NCBI RefSeq assembly: GCF_000143415.4
Contig: NW_003314280.1
Coordinates: forward strand, 1,049,663 to 1,113,662
Reading direction: 5' to 3'
Source of the DNA: Selaginella moellendorffii
Taxonomy: Eukaryota > Plantae > Lycopodiophyta
Length of the DNA stretch: 64,000 nucleotides
Positions 1-12,608 of the stretch are shown here, in pieces; within the stretch, counting starts at the first letter, position 1; the number at the start of each line of letters is the position of its first letter. Below the pieces are notes generated by a model, which saw only the letters and a program-made list of their open reading frames with translations, did no database searches and had not been told where the DNA came from. Both the position numbers and the translations under genes were made by a program.

Positions 1-1973
1 CTATAAGAGTAGTGAGCTCTCACTGATTGCACTAACACTTTTCTTCAACCACCTTCAAGATCCAATGTGAAGATAAAACACTAACAAGAAAAATGACATG
101 GAAAATCAAGCTCTAAGGAAAATTCCTCATCACTTAAAATAACAATACCACTTCTACTAACACTAGTGCCAGTGATGTCAATGCCTCAACTATGCATCTT
201 CTTTATCCAATAATCTACTCCAAGTGTTAACAGATCAACTGACAAGCTATAGCAAATGAATATTACAACCTTTTTCTAACACCTTATGGGCAAACTCAAG
301 GAAATAAGGTACCAACATAAGCTTAGCATAATTGGACCACTATTGAGAATCAAGTCAAAACTACTACAATGCTACTTTATGTAAGTAGACTAGCGTCACC
401 ATCAACCACTTTGGGGTTGATCATCGTTTAACTAAGCAACTTCATAAACACATTGCTCACTATCACATATATATGATATAAGTATCACAATGACTTGATC
501 ATCAATTGAGCAACACCATGAGTAACACCCACGTCATTACTTCAAAGGTTTATATGAGTATCAAATGTCAACTCGACTCGACAAAATGCAACATAAATGC
601 CACACTCCACCAATAGAGATTTACAACACCTAACACCACTAACTTTTATTCACAACATGGACAAGCTCATGTGACTTTCTTTCCGACTAAACTCAAAACT
701 AATCCAACATCAAGCTACTCAAGGAGCAATAGCAAGGTTCCCCGGAAAAGAATTGAGCATTGCAACCCAAATTTTCTAATAACAAGCTTAGACAAAATGA
801 TATAGCATTTCACCGCTATCCATCCCATAACTCACCATTTGTAAGACCATTATTTCCAACATGCATCAAGGTAGGGACTCTTGATTGCATAATGTGAACA
901 TGAGCAATGAGTCACACCTCGTTGCAAATCATCTCTCAAAAAAGAGAAGATGATTTACATATTTGATCCTTAGTCCCCGATGACTCTCTTTTCGGTCTCA
1001 TCTTTGACCAAACCTCAAGCTTGCATTTGCACTACATTCAGTCCAATCCAAGAAAAGTTTATGAGAGAGCACAACAATATCTACTTGAACCAATAGATTA
1101 ATCCTTATAGTCTTAATTGATCCACTTATAAACATGCCTAGGAAGGATCCACTAGTGCTGTGCTAAACAGCTATGGACCAACTTATTTGCCACTCATAGC
1201 AAACCTAGGGAAGGTTTACTTTAACTCATGGTACATGGAACAACTCACGAAACCATTAGAACAACTCATAGAACCACTGATAGGCTATTATTAATCCTGC
1301 CAACTCAAAGCGTAACCTCAAGTTGCTAATGCGCCTCACTCACGAGCCCAAGCACAAACTCGTGCAAAATGGTACAACTCAATCCCTCTTATGAGCCCAA
1401 AAGCAAGCTCACATTATCACGGTAAAACAAGGTAACCAAATCCATACCCAAGGAACAAATGTGAAGCCTTTGCACCCAAACGTGTACCCCTCAGATCATC
1501 ATTTTCATCTCTGTGTATGCAACGAGACTAGTTGCCCAATCTCATTGGATAATACTCGCCAAGACTCATCCTTTGATACCAAATGTAGCGCACATGGTTT
1601 TGACCCTTTATCCTATGGTGATTTACCATAGGATAACACCACAAAGCAGAACCTAAACCCTCCATGTGCCACGTGTCCATAGGACAGTGGTGTGGAACCC
1701 ATGGTTTAGGGCTTTGGGCCACTGAATGAAGGGATGGTGCCAAACTCCCAAGCATGAAGCCAAGGAGTGTCGGAACCGAACCATGGAGCAACTCTCAATC
1801 ATACAGCCCAAGGAGCAAAGGGATAGGAGCCCGGAGCAACTTGGAATAGTCCTGGAGCAACCAACATCCCAATGCTAGGACTAGCACGCAAAATGGAGAT
1901 AAACGGAGTCTGGTGCTATTTTGGCATACCGGTGGCCTAACGTACGGATATGGGTACTCCACCAGCAAGCATG

Positions 1974-2275
1974 NNNNNNNNNNNNNNNNNNNNNNNNNNN
2001 NNNNNNNNNNNNNNNNNNNNNNNNNNNNNNNNNNNNNNNNNNNNNNNNNNNNNNNNNNNNNNNNNNNNNNNNNNNNNNNNNNNNNNNNNNNNNNNNNNNN
2101 NNNNNNNNNNNNNNNNNNNNNNNNNNNNNNNNNNNNNNNNNNNNNNNNNNNNNNNNNNNNNNNNNNNNNNNNNNNNNNNNNNNNNNNNNNNNNNNNNNNN
2201 NNNNNNNNNNNNNNNNNNNNNNNNNNNNNNNNNNNNNNNNNNNNNNNNNNNNNNNNNNNNNNNNNNNNNNNNNNN
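1974..2275. other. Assembly gap (N run) inside the LTR of copy B, next to a poly-C tract
   Basis: Run of N in the sequence. Confidence 0.99.
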
Positions 2276-2762
2276 CCCCCCCTTGAGGAATAAATGCTTT
2301 AGGCTTTCACCCCAAGCCTCCCTTAATATCAAGAGTTAGTCTCTGGCTCCCTTAGTATCAAGAGTTAGTTTCTGGGACAAACTCGAAACTTACTAAATAT
2401 GGGCTGGCGCTAGATTGCGAATTTGGACACAGGACGAACACCATTGTGTTCAGGCCAATCTCTACATTCCATAGATATGCCAAATGAGCAAATCTAGACA
2501 CTTTCCATAAATAGCATTTGGGACCGAAATGAGACTAACACAAAGGGTATGATAGCGAGGGTGTTTGGCAAACACGGTAAACTATCATCTAGCAATATTG
2601 AGGGACCAATCTTAATACGCGAGGGTTTTTGTCAAGCCAGTGCAAGACAAAGCAAAAGAGAACTAACAAGCCAGGCCAAATATGCTTGGCTAAATAGACA
2701 CTTAGGAATTCCTTCCTTATGCTCGTCCGGCTAAGTACAGATGCAAAGTCCAGTTTACTAAG

Positions 2763-3886
2763 TGTCGCGAATGTGACTTCGGGTATCGAAAGTTACCTGT
2801 CAACTAGTCCTTACGAACACTCTTACCTTACTGCCACGATGGCAGGAGGTCGGTATTGCTGGGCCCGTTATTAGTCTTCGCCTAAGCTAGTTGAGAAACT
2901 GGTCTTCGCGTGTGCACTTAACCAGATGGGCATAAGGACGGAATTCCTATGTGCTATCTGTCAAGCATACTTGACCTAGTTAGAGAAACTCATTCGTTGA
3001 CTTGCACTTGCTAGTGTTGGGAACCCGCGATATTGAGATTGGTCCCTCAATATCGCTAGATGATAGCTTACCGTGTTTGCCAAACACCCTCGCTATCATG
3101 CCCTTTGTCTTAGTCTCAATTCGGTCCCAAAAGCTATTTATGGAAAGTGTCCAGATTTGCTCATTTGGCATATCTACAGAATGTAGAGATCGTCCTAAAC
3201 ACAATGGTGTTCATCCCGTATCCAAATTCGCAATCTAGGGACATTCCATATTTAGTAAGTTTCGAGCTTGTCCCAAAGATTAACTCCTGATACTAAGGGA
3301 GGCTTGGGGTGAAAGCCCAAAGCATGTGTTTCTCAAGGGGGGGGGGGGCTGTGGGGGGTTCCAAATGTGCAAAACAAGGACAGGCACGCAAGCGGGAGCT
3401 AGACTATGCCTCAGGTTGGTCGGCCATGCCTGACCTACCCACTATCCCTTCCAGCTTGGGTCTAAGCCCAAGTTCCATTCCATGCTAGCTGGTGGAGTAC
3501 CCATGTCCTCGCGTTAGGCCACCGGTATGCCGAAATAGCGCCAGACTCCTATTGGCTCCGTTTTGCATGCTGGTCCTGGCATTGGGATGTTGGTTACTCT
3601 AGGACTGTTCCAAGTCGCTCCGGGCTCCTGTTCCTTCGCTCCTTGGGCTTTATGCTCAGGAGTTGCTCCGTGGTTCAGTTCCGTCACTCTTTGGCTCCAT
3701 GCTTGGGAGTTTGGCACCGTTCCTTCGTTCAGTGGCCCAAGGCCCTGAACCTCGGGTTCCTATGGACACATGGCATGTGACACGTGGCATCTGTCACATG
3801 GCACAAAGAGGGTTTAGGTTCTGCTTCGTGGTGTTATCCTATGGTAAATCACCATAGGATAAAGGGTCAAAACCACGTGCGCTACA
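2763..3886 (+). repeat. 5' LTR of copy A
   Basis: Starts TGTCGCGAATG, ends GTGCGCTACA; matches 11331-12472. Confidence 0.9.
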
Positions 3887-3888
3887 TT

Positions 3889-3899
3889 TGGTATCAGAG
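3889..3899 (+). other. Primer-binding site (tRNA-iMet) of copy A
   Basis: TGGTATCAGAG 2 nt after the 5' LTR. Confidence 0.9.
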
Positions 3900-6100
3900 G
3901 ATGAGTCTCAATGAGTATTATTCAATGAGATTGGGCAACTAGTCTCGTTGCATACGCAAAGATGAAAACGATGATCCTAGTGGGTACACATTTGGGTGCA
4001 AAGGCTTCGCAATCGTTCTTTGGGTATGGATTTGGTCACCTTGTTGTACCATATTCTGTGAGCTTGAGCTTAGGCTCACAAAAGGGATTGAGTTATTCCA
4101 TTCTCACAAGTTTGAGCTTGGACTCGTGAGTGAGGCACATTAGCAACTCAAGGTTACACTTTGAGTTGGCAGGATTAATGTTAGCCTATCGGTGGTTCCA
4201 TGAGTTGTTCTATGTACCATGGGTGAAAGTGGCAAATAAGCTGGTCCGCAGCTATTTAGCACGGCGCTAGTGGATCCTTCCTAGGCATGATTACAAGTGA
4301 ATCAACCAAGATTGTAGGGATTAGTCTATTGGTTCAAGTAGTTATTGTCGTGCTCTCTCATAAACTTTTCTTGGATTGGACTGAAAGCAGTGCGAATGCA
4401 AGCTTGAGGTTTAGTCAAAGATGAGACTGAAAAAAGAGTTGTCAGGGACAAAGGATCAAACACGTAAATCATTTTCTCTTGGAGAGATGATTTGCAACGA
4501 GGTGTTAATTCATTGCTCATGTTCACATTATGCAATCAAGAGTCCCTACCTTGATGCATGTTGGAAATGATGGTCTTGTAAATGGTGAGTTGTGGGATGG
4601 ATAGCGGTGAAGTGCTAAACCATTTTGTCTAGATTTGCTATTGGAAGACTTGGGTTACAATGCTCAATTCTTTTCTAGGGAACCTTGCTATTGCTCCTTG
4701 AGTAACTTGGTGTTGGGTTAAGTTTTGAGTTTGGTCGGATAGCGAGTAGCATGAGCTTGTCCGTGTTGTGAACAAAAGTTAGTGGTGTTAGGTGTTGTAA
4801 ATCTCTATTGGTGGAGTGTGGCATTTATATTGCATTTTGTCAAGTTGAGTTGGCACTTGATATTTCATGTAAACCTTTGAAGTAATGACATTGGCATTAC
4901 TCGTGGTGTTACTCAATTGATGATCAAGTCATTGTGATACTTATATTATATCCATGTGATAATGAGCAATGTGTTTATGAAGTTGCTTAGTTAAACGATG
5001 ATCAACCCCAAAAGTGGTTGATAATGAAGCTAATCTACTTGCACGAAATAACATTGTAGTAGCTTTGACTAGATTCTCAATGGTGGTTCATTATGCTAAG
5101 CTTAAGTTAGTTCTTTGTTCCTTGGTTCCTTGAGGGTTTGACCATAAGATGTTGGAAAGGGTTGTAGCATTCATTTGCTATAGCTTATTAGTTGATCCAT
5201 TAACACTTAGAGTAGATTGTTGGATAGAGAAGGTGTGAGGTTGAGGCATTAACATTACTAGCACTTGTGTTAATGGAAGTGGCATTGTTATTTTAAGTGA
5301 TGAGGAAGTTTCCTTAGAGCTTGATTTTCCATGTCATTTTTCTTGTTAGTGTTTTAGCTTCACATTGGATCATGAAGGTGGTTGAAGAAGAGTGTTAGTG
5401 TAATGTGGATATCCGAAGATGTGGTCTTCATGATCAAGACTTGGATGTTCCATTTGCATTTTACGGATGTCGGTGTTAGATGGCGAAAGAATGGGCAAAA
5501 AGATGTTCGAGGCTTAAACATACTATAGGTCATGAGAATTTGTGTTGAGGTGAATGTAAGTGACTAATTTTTCCATTCTACTTTAGTCACTTAACCGCAC
5601 TTCCGACCACTTGGAGGAGTCTCATTCACGACCTCCATAAGTCCCATTCAGAAGTCCCTAGCCCCGCAAATGGCATCCATGCCACTCAACTTTTGCACTT
5701 GGTCCAAGTGCTCCACGTGTCCAATCCCTTGACCGACACCCCAAGGCACCACCAACATACCAGCCCATTACGCTAGGCCATGCCCAATCACCTTGGTCAC
5801 ATCGGTGGTCTAACACCACCTGCATTGCAATCCTGTCTCTCCAAGACTGAGCTATCCGTCCATGAGTGGTCATCCCAGATCCACTCCTTAGCATCCTTAG
5901 GATGCCCGCAGACATGGGAAATAGCCTTCCCCAATATCTCCTTTCTGGTCCCCACCAAGTCCCTTTCTATCCATGGCCGTGTTCACCAACACTGCCACTG
6001 GATCAAGGCCCATAGGCCCGACCACTAAGTCCAACTGTCCTCTAGGACTTCCTTACTGTGTGACTGTGTCCCTTGTCCCCACACTAGAGGGCTACTCCTC

Positions 6101-6773
6101 TGTAGCGCATGTGATCATGGGATGAGATTTGGATATACTGTCACCGTGGATCCTTGGAACCTTGGGGGATAAATGGGGATAAAATAGCCACTAAGGGCTC
6201 TCTCATCAAGCAATTGCCCCTTTCCAATTGGCTTAAGGGGAGAGAGATAAAGTGCGCTACAGTTGGTATCAGAGAAAATGGCACGGGTTCGATTCCCATT
6301 GATTAGTGGCTACTTAAAAGTATAATATACCCTTGAGCAAGGTATATTCCTACCCCTAAATTTGAAATCGTACGTATTGGGCATCCATGCGTACGTCCTT
6401 CCTCTTGTGTGGTGTATCCACGGACGAAGGTATCCACCGTGGGACTGTGGTACGGGTGGATGACTAGTTGCCTCACATGGAATAGCTGGTCTACACAATG
6501 GAAGGATTGGTAGATTGAGTGCGGAAATGGAGGTGCTGGTTCCCCTTGGCTCAGTAGGGGTTGTTAGTCAATAGTCAATAAGGACATTAACATCTCTGAA
6601 AGGGGGGTGAGTGTAGCGCATGTGATCATGGGATGAGATTTGGATATACTGTCACCGTGGATCCTTGGAACCTTGGGGGATAAATAGGGATAAAATAGCC
6701 ACTAAGGGCTCTCTCATCAAGCAATTGCCCCTTTTCCAGTTGGCTTAAGGGAAGAGAGATAAGGTGTGCTACA
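6101..6773 (+). mobile_element. TRIM (terminal-repeat retrotransposon in miniature)
   Basis: LTRs 6101-6261 and 6612-6773 (TGTAGCGCA..GCTACA), PBS TGGTATCAGAG 6264-6274, PPT GAAAGGGGGGTGAG 6598-6611, perfect TSD TCCTC on both sides. Confidence 0.93.
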
Positions 6774-7242
6774 TCCTCTTCCTTTCCACAGTCTGGGACT
6801 TTGGGGCAACATTTTGGAACACCGTGGCCCTACGCGGGCCTCGTGGGTACTCTCCTCGCCTTCTACCTTTGGGTGCTTTAGCCATGGGCTTAGAACAAGG
6901 TTCCATTGAGCCACACCAGGTATCCAAGTAGGTAGTGCCACCCACACTTGGACTGGGAGCCTCGGCCAGTCGATCTCCAGGGGGAACTAGAGCCGGCTCT
7001 TGAACACTTCACCAAGCTACCCCGCTTGTTGGTCCGTGTTCACTCTATTCTTGGACTTCCCAGTGGGCAGCTCATCACCCAACACTAGGTCCGGCCTTCT
7101 TGGGCCAAACTAGCATTTCCTGGCCAAACTGGCATTTCCTGGCCAAACTGGCTCCACTGCAGTCCTCCCCCCTACTATACTTTTGGAGCTCACCAAACCC
7201 CCCAGGGTCTAGGAGACGAACGCTTTGGGCTTTCACCCTCTC

Positions 7243-7797
7243 AGACTCGAACTCAGATTTGGCCTCGGACTCGGACTCGGACTCGGACTCGGACTCGGAT
7301 TCGGACTCGGACTCGGACTCGGCCTCGGCCTCGGCCTCGGTCTCGGTCTCAGTCCCGATCTTGGTCTCGGTCTCGGTCCCGGTCTCAATCTTGGTCCCGG
7401 TCTCAACTTCGGACTCCATCTCGGGTCCATCTCAGACTCCATCTCAGGTCCATTTTGGACTCCATCTTGGACTCCACCTCGGGCTCCATCTCGGGTCCTT
7501 CTCGGACTCCACCTCAGACTCCATCTTGGGTCCATCTTGGGTCCCATCTCGGGTCCATCTCGGGTCCATCTCGGACTCCATCTCGGACTCCATCTCGGGT
7601 CCATCTCGGACTCCATCTCAGGTCCATCTCGGATCCATCTCGGATCCACCTCGGACTCCACCTCGGACTCCATCTCGGGGTCCTTCTCAGACTCCACTTC
7701 GGACTCCAACTCGGGTCCATCTCGGGTCCACCTTAGACTCCACCTCGGACTCTATCTCGGGTCCATCTCGGGTCCCATCTCGGGTCCATCTCAGACT
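7243..7797. repeat. Tandem array inside copy A: hexamers (GGACTC/GGCCTC/GGTCTC) grading into 11-12-mers (CTCGGGTCCAT/CTCGGACTCCAT)
   Basis: Directly visible periodicity. It explains the low-complexity ORFs in several frames. Confidence 0.92.
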
Positions 7798-10700
7798 CTT
7801 CCACGTGTCATGTGTTGGTCCTTTTGGGTCCCTTTTTGGAGCCTCGCTTATTGCTCTCTTTGTGCTTGTTCCTCGAGCACTTCGTTGGGAGTTCCACTCC
7901 TACTCTCAACCTTTCAAGGCGGAGCTTTTAGTCCAAACGTGTTACGCTTGTTTGGCTTTCCCTTCAACCATTACCACATGGCGCCCTTCCGGCTCCACTT
8001 TGGGGCCTAGGGATTTTGTGTCTCACAGTGAACTTATGTGAAGTTGTAAGTAGGAGGAAGTTGGTTGAGTTTTGAAAATTTGTATTCCTAGACTGAGAGT
8101 CATTCTTTCTCTAAGATGGAAAATTTTCTACAAATTTTCTTAGACTTATCCAATGGCTGATGTATTGATCACTTTGCTCGAAAACCATTCTGTTTTCGAA
8201 AGCCAATACAAACTAGTGAAGGGGTTGGAGTTGACTTCGGTTAGCTTAGACCTTAGTATGTAATTTGTATGATGTGGCCCGAAAGGGATGTTGACTTTTG
8301 GGGCTAAGGCAATTGAGTTGGATAGAGTCTGGAGTTGGTATAGAAAAGTAGTTGTTGCACTTTTCTAAGAAAGGTGACCCTTGTGCCTTTCTTCTGTAGC
8401 ATTATGCTTGGTGGCAGGTTGCACTTTGCATTTTGTAAGACTCTATGAGAGTAGTGAGCTCTCATTGATCTTGATTTGGTCTTGGTGGCTTTGCGCCTTA
8501 GTTGAGGATGGTGATGTCCAACTTAGTTGTTTGTAGTTGAGATGTTAGTACCCATACTATAGCTTTGTTTAAATGGAGGTTGTGCACTGATATGAGTCCA
8601 TCTCATGGTCTTCACTTTAGTTTCGGCTAAGTGTTGATCATGCATAGCTAGCTTCTTCAAGGCATGCTCAGAGTTAGTGGCTAAATGCATTGGTGAGCTT
8701 ATCGCGGTTGAGTTGGATTCGAGTGGTCATTTAGTTCGTGCTTGTTCATGAACCCTTATCTCGACCTGGGGTATTACGTTCATGTTGGACAAGTATATGA
8801 CTTGATGACATGAGTTTAGTGTTTAGGTCTTGTGAAGGCAAGTTGAAAGGTGATTGTTGGTTGCTTTGCGACTAGTGCTTACTTGTAGACTCCGTTGAGG
8901 ACTATTGACACTTGCTTCACTCGGTGAAGATTTAGCAGTGGTGGGTTTACTTTATCGGATGGTGTTGCGGAGGATCGTGTTGTTAGACTTACATGGGTTT
9001 TCCATGCTGGTCTCTTGACTCTACTTCTATCAATATCATTTGGTTGCATTTAGTTCGTGGTGTTGGATTTCATTGAGTCTTGGATGTGGTGATTCACTCC
9101 TTGATGAAATGTTATCTGTAATTGAGTATTGTTAAAGGATTGGTCTCGGATACTGAGTAAAGTATCTTCGACCTTGGTTAGCTTAGTTGCTAGAGAGTTT
9201 TGAGTGGTGATTCACTCCTACTTTCTTCTAGCTTTGTTATAGTGTTGATGGCATTGAAGTGATGCCTTGTCATTGATATTATTGATGTTGAGATTCAAGT
9301 GAGATAAGATGTTTCTCCTTAGGATTGACATTAAGTTTCATTAGTTTTAATGAAGATAGTGCTGATGATTTGGCTATGGCTTTGTGTTATTGGCATTCAT
9401 ACATTTGCTAGTTAGCAACTATGTTGATGTTCAAATGAACTGAGTGGCAAGTTTGAGTTAGTTGTGTTCTAAACGAGATTATTTAGTAAGGGCTGAGCTT
9501 TAAGCTTTTCCTTGAAAAGTGATTTAGTCATGGACTGTGCTAACTCTACAAGTGGAAGAGTTAGTGATCGATATTGGAATATTTGAATCCTTATGGGATT
9601 TTAGTTGAAATATATCGATCATTGATGATTCTTCTTATGCTTGTTATGAAGTGAGTTACGTCTTGCTATAGATGGATTCATGGAGGATCGTTTAGTGATC
9701 ACTTGTTGAGCATAGTTTTGTTATGCTTAGCTTTTAGATTGATGCAAACATGCTCTTCATTAGCTTTGGCATTATAAAGTTTGGCTTATGGATATGTTGA
9801 GGAGGATATTGTGGGTTGCACCATGATTTCTTCTTTAGCATTGATGTTAGTTCATGCGAGACTCGTGATCATTATTAAGCAAGACTTGGCTATAGACTTC
9901 TTCGAGCTTGTGGTTCTTTGAGTTTTATGCTTATTGTTCTATTTGTTAGAAGTTGTTGGGGAAAGGCATTTTGGCTCATTAGTTTCAATGTTGAAGTTGG
10001 TTTTTGCATCTAGCAATCATTGGTGATGATTGACTATCATCTAAGGTAGTTGATTATCCTTATCAAAAGTTTTGCTTGATTATTGTTGGTCTGGAATTAT
10101 TTGCTATTTTTCGGGATGGTAAATTCTTGCTTAACGATGATTTGGCATATCTTTTTGATGGGATAATTGATGATCTTTTATGATAGTTAGTTGTTCTCTT
10201 TGATAGCTTTTGGCTTTTCGCAATACCACATGTTCTTTGTGGTTTGCTTTGGATTGGTCTCTTGGGTTTGAGGCATCCATAGGATGTTGCTGACACTTGC
10301 TTAGGCAACTTGAGTTCCTTAGTGTTGTTGACTGGGATCTATTCGGATTGGGTCGTGTGATAGTTGGCATGATTGAGGGTTTGTTGGTCTTACCTCCTTC
10401 ATTCTGTTCTGTTGTCTATTGCTCAAGTTAGTTCTGATAGATTGGGATGTTATTTCCTTCAAGTGATACATTCGCAAGCATTGTGCTTGTCAGTCAATGA
10501 TATTTTGTGTTCTTTGAGTTATCTCTAGTAAGTTGTTGGCTTACTATCTGCTATCTTCGGTAGTTAAGTTTCATCATTGAGTTTACTTGATGATATACTT
10601 GCTATTGAATTTTGTTGGATAATGATTCCTATGTTTACCAATTATGATGATTTTGGTGGTTCTTATACTCTACTACTAGTTTATCGGATGATAACTTACT

Positions 10701-11318
10701 TGGAATACTCTTGTGTTCTAATATAAGATTATTCACTGATAATTAAGACTCTAAGATATCATTGTTTATGACTTTGATATTGTCCATCTATTGATCTTTG
10801 AATTTTGGGCCAGTATAGGCAGACTGGCTTCAGCACTTCGTGTGCATGGTGAAATCTCTCGTCATGGGGTAGCTACTATCGACTGGTCACATAACCCACC
10901 TCTTTATCGATGTTCTTTATTCAGTTGAAAGGGCGTGACCGTGTAAACAACTCTAACTGCCTGTTTACAGTAGTCTATCTAAACCTTACCAACGGGTTTG
11001 GTTTCTTTGCTCAGGAGGGTTGGGGCCTCTAGCTTCTCTCTCTATGTCCTTGTGAGTAGGGGCGTATCACACTTTTGTAAGCTGGGTGACTCCCAGAGCA
11101 GCAAGGGTGGCTGACTCCGTTGGTCATTTCCTTGTCGGCGATGGCCGGAAGGTGTCTGAGCTGGTAGCGCATCCGCGTTAGACAAAGAGATTGCCTCCTA
11201 ACTCATTTAAGTTGGTGCATTTCTCACATAATGTGAATACCGTGAACTTTTTCTGGAGTTGTTTCCTTGGCGGTATTCTAGACTCGAGTGTGCATCGACG
11301 AGGATGTCGATTTTCCCT

Positions 11319-11330
11319 AAGGGGGGAGAG
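11319..11330 (+). other. Polypurine tract of copy A
   Basis: AAGGGGGGAGAG immediately before the 3' LTR. Confidence 0.88.
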
Positions 11331-12472
11331 TGTCGCGAATGTGACTTCGGGTATCGACAGTTACCTGTCAACTAGTCCTTACGGACACTCTTACCTTACT
11401 GCCATGATGGCAGGAGGTCGGTATTGTTGGGCCCGTTATCAATCTCCGCCTAAGCTAGTTGAGAAACTGGTCTTTGCATGTGCACTTGACCAGATGGGCA
11501 TAAGGACAGAATTTCTACGTGCTATTTGTCAAGCATACTTGACCTGGTTAGAGAAACTCATTCGTTGATTTGCACTTGCTAGTGTTGGGAACCCCCGCGA
11601 TATTGAGATTAGTCCCTCAATATTGCTAAATGATAGCTTACCGTGTCTGCCAAACACCCTTGCTATTATGCCCTTTGTGTTAATCTCAATTCGGTCCCAA
11701 AAGCTATGCCAAATTTGCTCATTTGGCATATTTACAGAATGTAGAGATCATCCTGAACACAATGGTGTTCATCCCGTGTCCAAATTCGCAATTTAGGGAC
11801 ATTCCATATTTAGTAAGTTTCGAGATTGTCCCAGAGACTAACTCCTGATACTAAGGGAGGCTTGGGGTGAAAGCCCAAAGTGTGTGTTCCCCAAGGGAAG
11901 GGGGGGGGGGGGGGGCTGTGGGGGGTTCCAAATGTATAGTAGGGATAGTGGGTAGATTGGGCATAGCCAACCAATTTGAGGCATAGTCTAGCTCCTGCTT
12001 GCGTGCCTGTCCTTGTTTTGCATCTGGCTTGGGTCTAAGCCCAAGTTCCATTCCATGCTAGCTGGTGGAGTACCCATGTCCTCGCGTTAGGCCACCGGTA
12101 TGCCGAAATAGCGCCAGACTCTGTTTGGCTCTATTTTGCATGCTGGTCCTGGCATTGGGATGCTGGTTACTCTAGGACTGTTCCAAGTCGCTTTGGGCTC
12201 CTGTTCTTTCGCTCCTTGGGCTTTATGCTTGGGAGTTGCTCCGTGGTTCGGTTCCGTCACTCTTTGGCTCCATGCTTGGGAGTTTGGCACCGTTCCTTTG
12301 TTCAGTGGCCCAAGGCCCTAAACCTCGGGTTCCTATGGACATGTGGCATGGACACGTGGCATGTGACATGTGGCATCTGTCACGTGGCACAAAAAGGGTT
12401 TAGGTTCCGCTTCGTGGTGTTATTCTATGGTAAATCACCATAGGATAAAGGGTCAAAACCACGTGCACTACA
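11331..12472 (+). repeat. 3' LTR of copy A
   Basis: TGTCGCGAATG..GTGCACTACA; homologous to 2763-3886. Confidence 0.9.
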
Positions 12473-12608
12473 CTAACACTTGAACAAAAGAGGCCAATAA
12501 AGGGAATTAGCAATATCAACCTCCTACCATCGTGGCTGAGTAAGGAAAGAGTGTCCGTAAGGACTGGCTGGCAGGTAACTTTCGATACCTGAAGTCACAT
12601 TCACAACA

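Larger units (their letters stand above)
2763..12472 (+). mobile_element. Complete non-autonomous/degenerate LTR retroelement copy A (LARD-like, probably copia-derived)
   Basis: Two ~1.13-kb LTRs (TG..CA), tRNA-iMet PBS, PPT, and near-perfect 5-bp TSD CTAAG/CTAAC. No intact gag/pol ORF. Weak RNase H-like remnant (LVHFSHNVNTVNFF) just before the PPT suggests copia domain order. Confidence 0.85.
27..12608 (-). mobile_element. LTR retroelement copy B (minus strand, non-coding, 3'-truncated); its 5' LTR is split by copy A
   Basis: 27-1973 is the reverse complement of ~3480-5403. The LTR on the minus strand runs 12608 (TGTTGTGAATGTGACTTC) to 12473, then 2762 to 1584 (..GCGCTACA). PBS TGGTATCAAAG follows at 1581-1571. 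Confidence 0.8.

Noticed and set aside
1913-2339. ORFs spanning the N run
   Set aside because: Artefacts of the assembly gap.
7243-7797. Possible CRISPR-like array
   Set aside because: No unique spacers; simple minisatellite in eukaryotic DNA.
7075-8041. Long SD/ES/GL-repeat ORFs in several frames, resembling SD-repeat adhesins
   Set aside because: They come from a stop-free tandem repeat inside an LTR element; no signal peptide or flanking domain.
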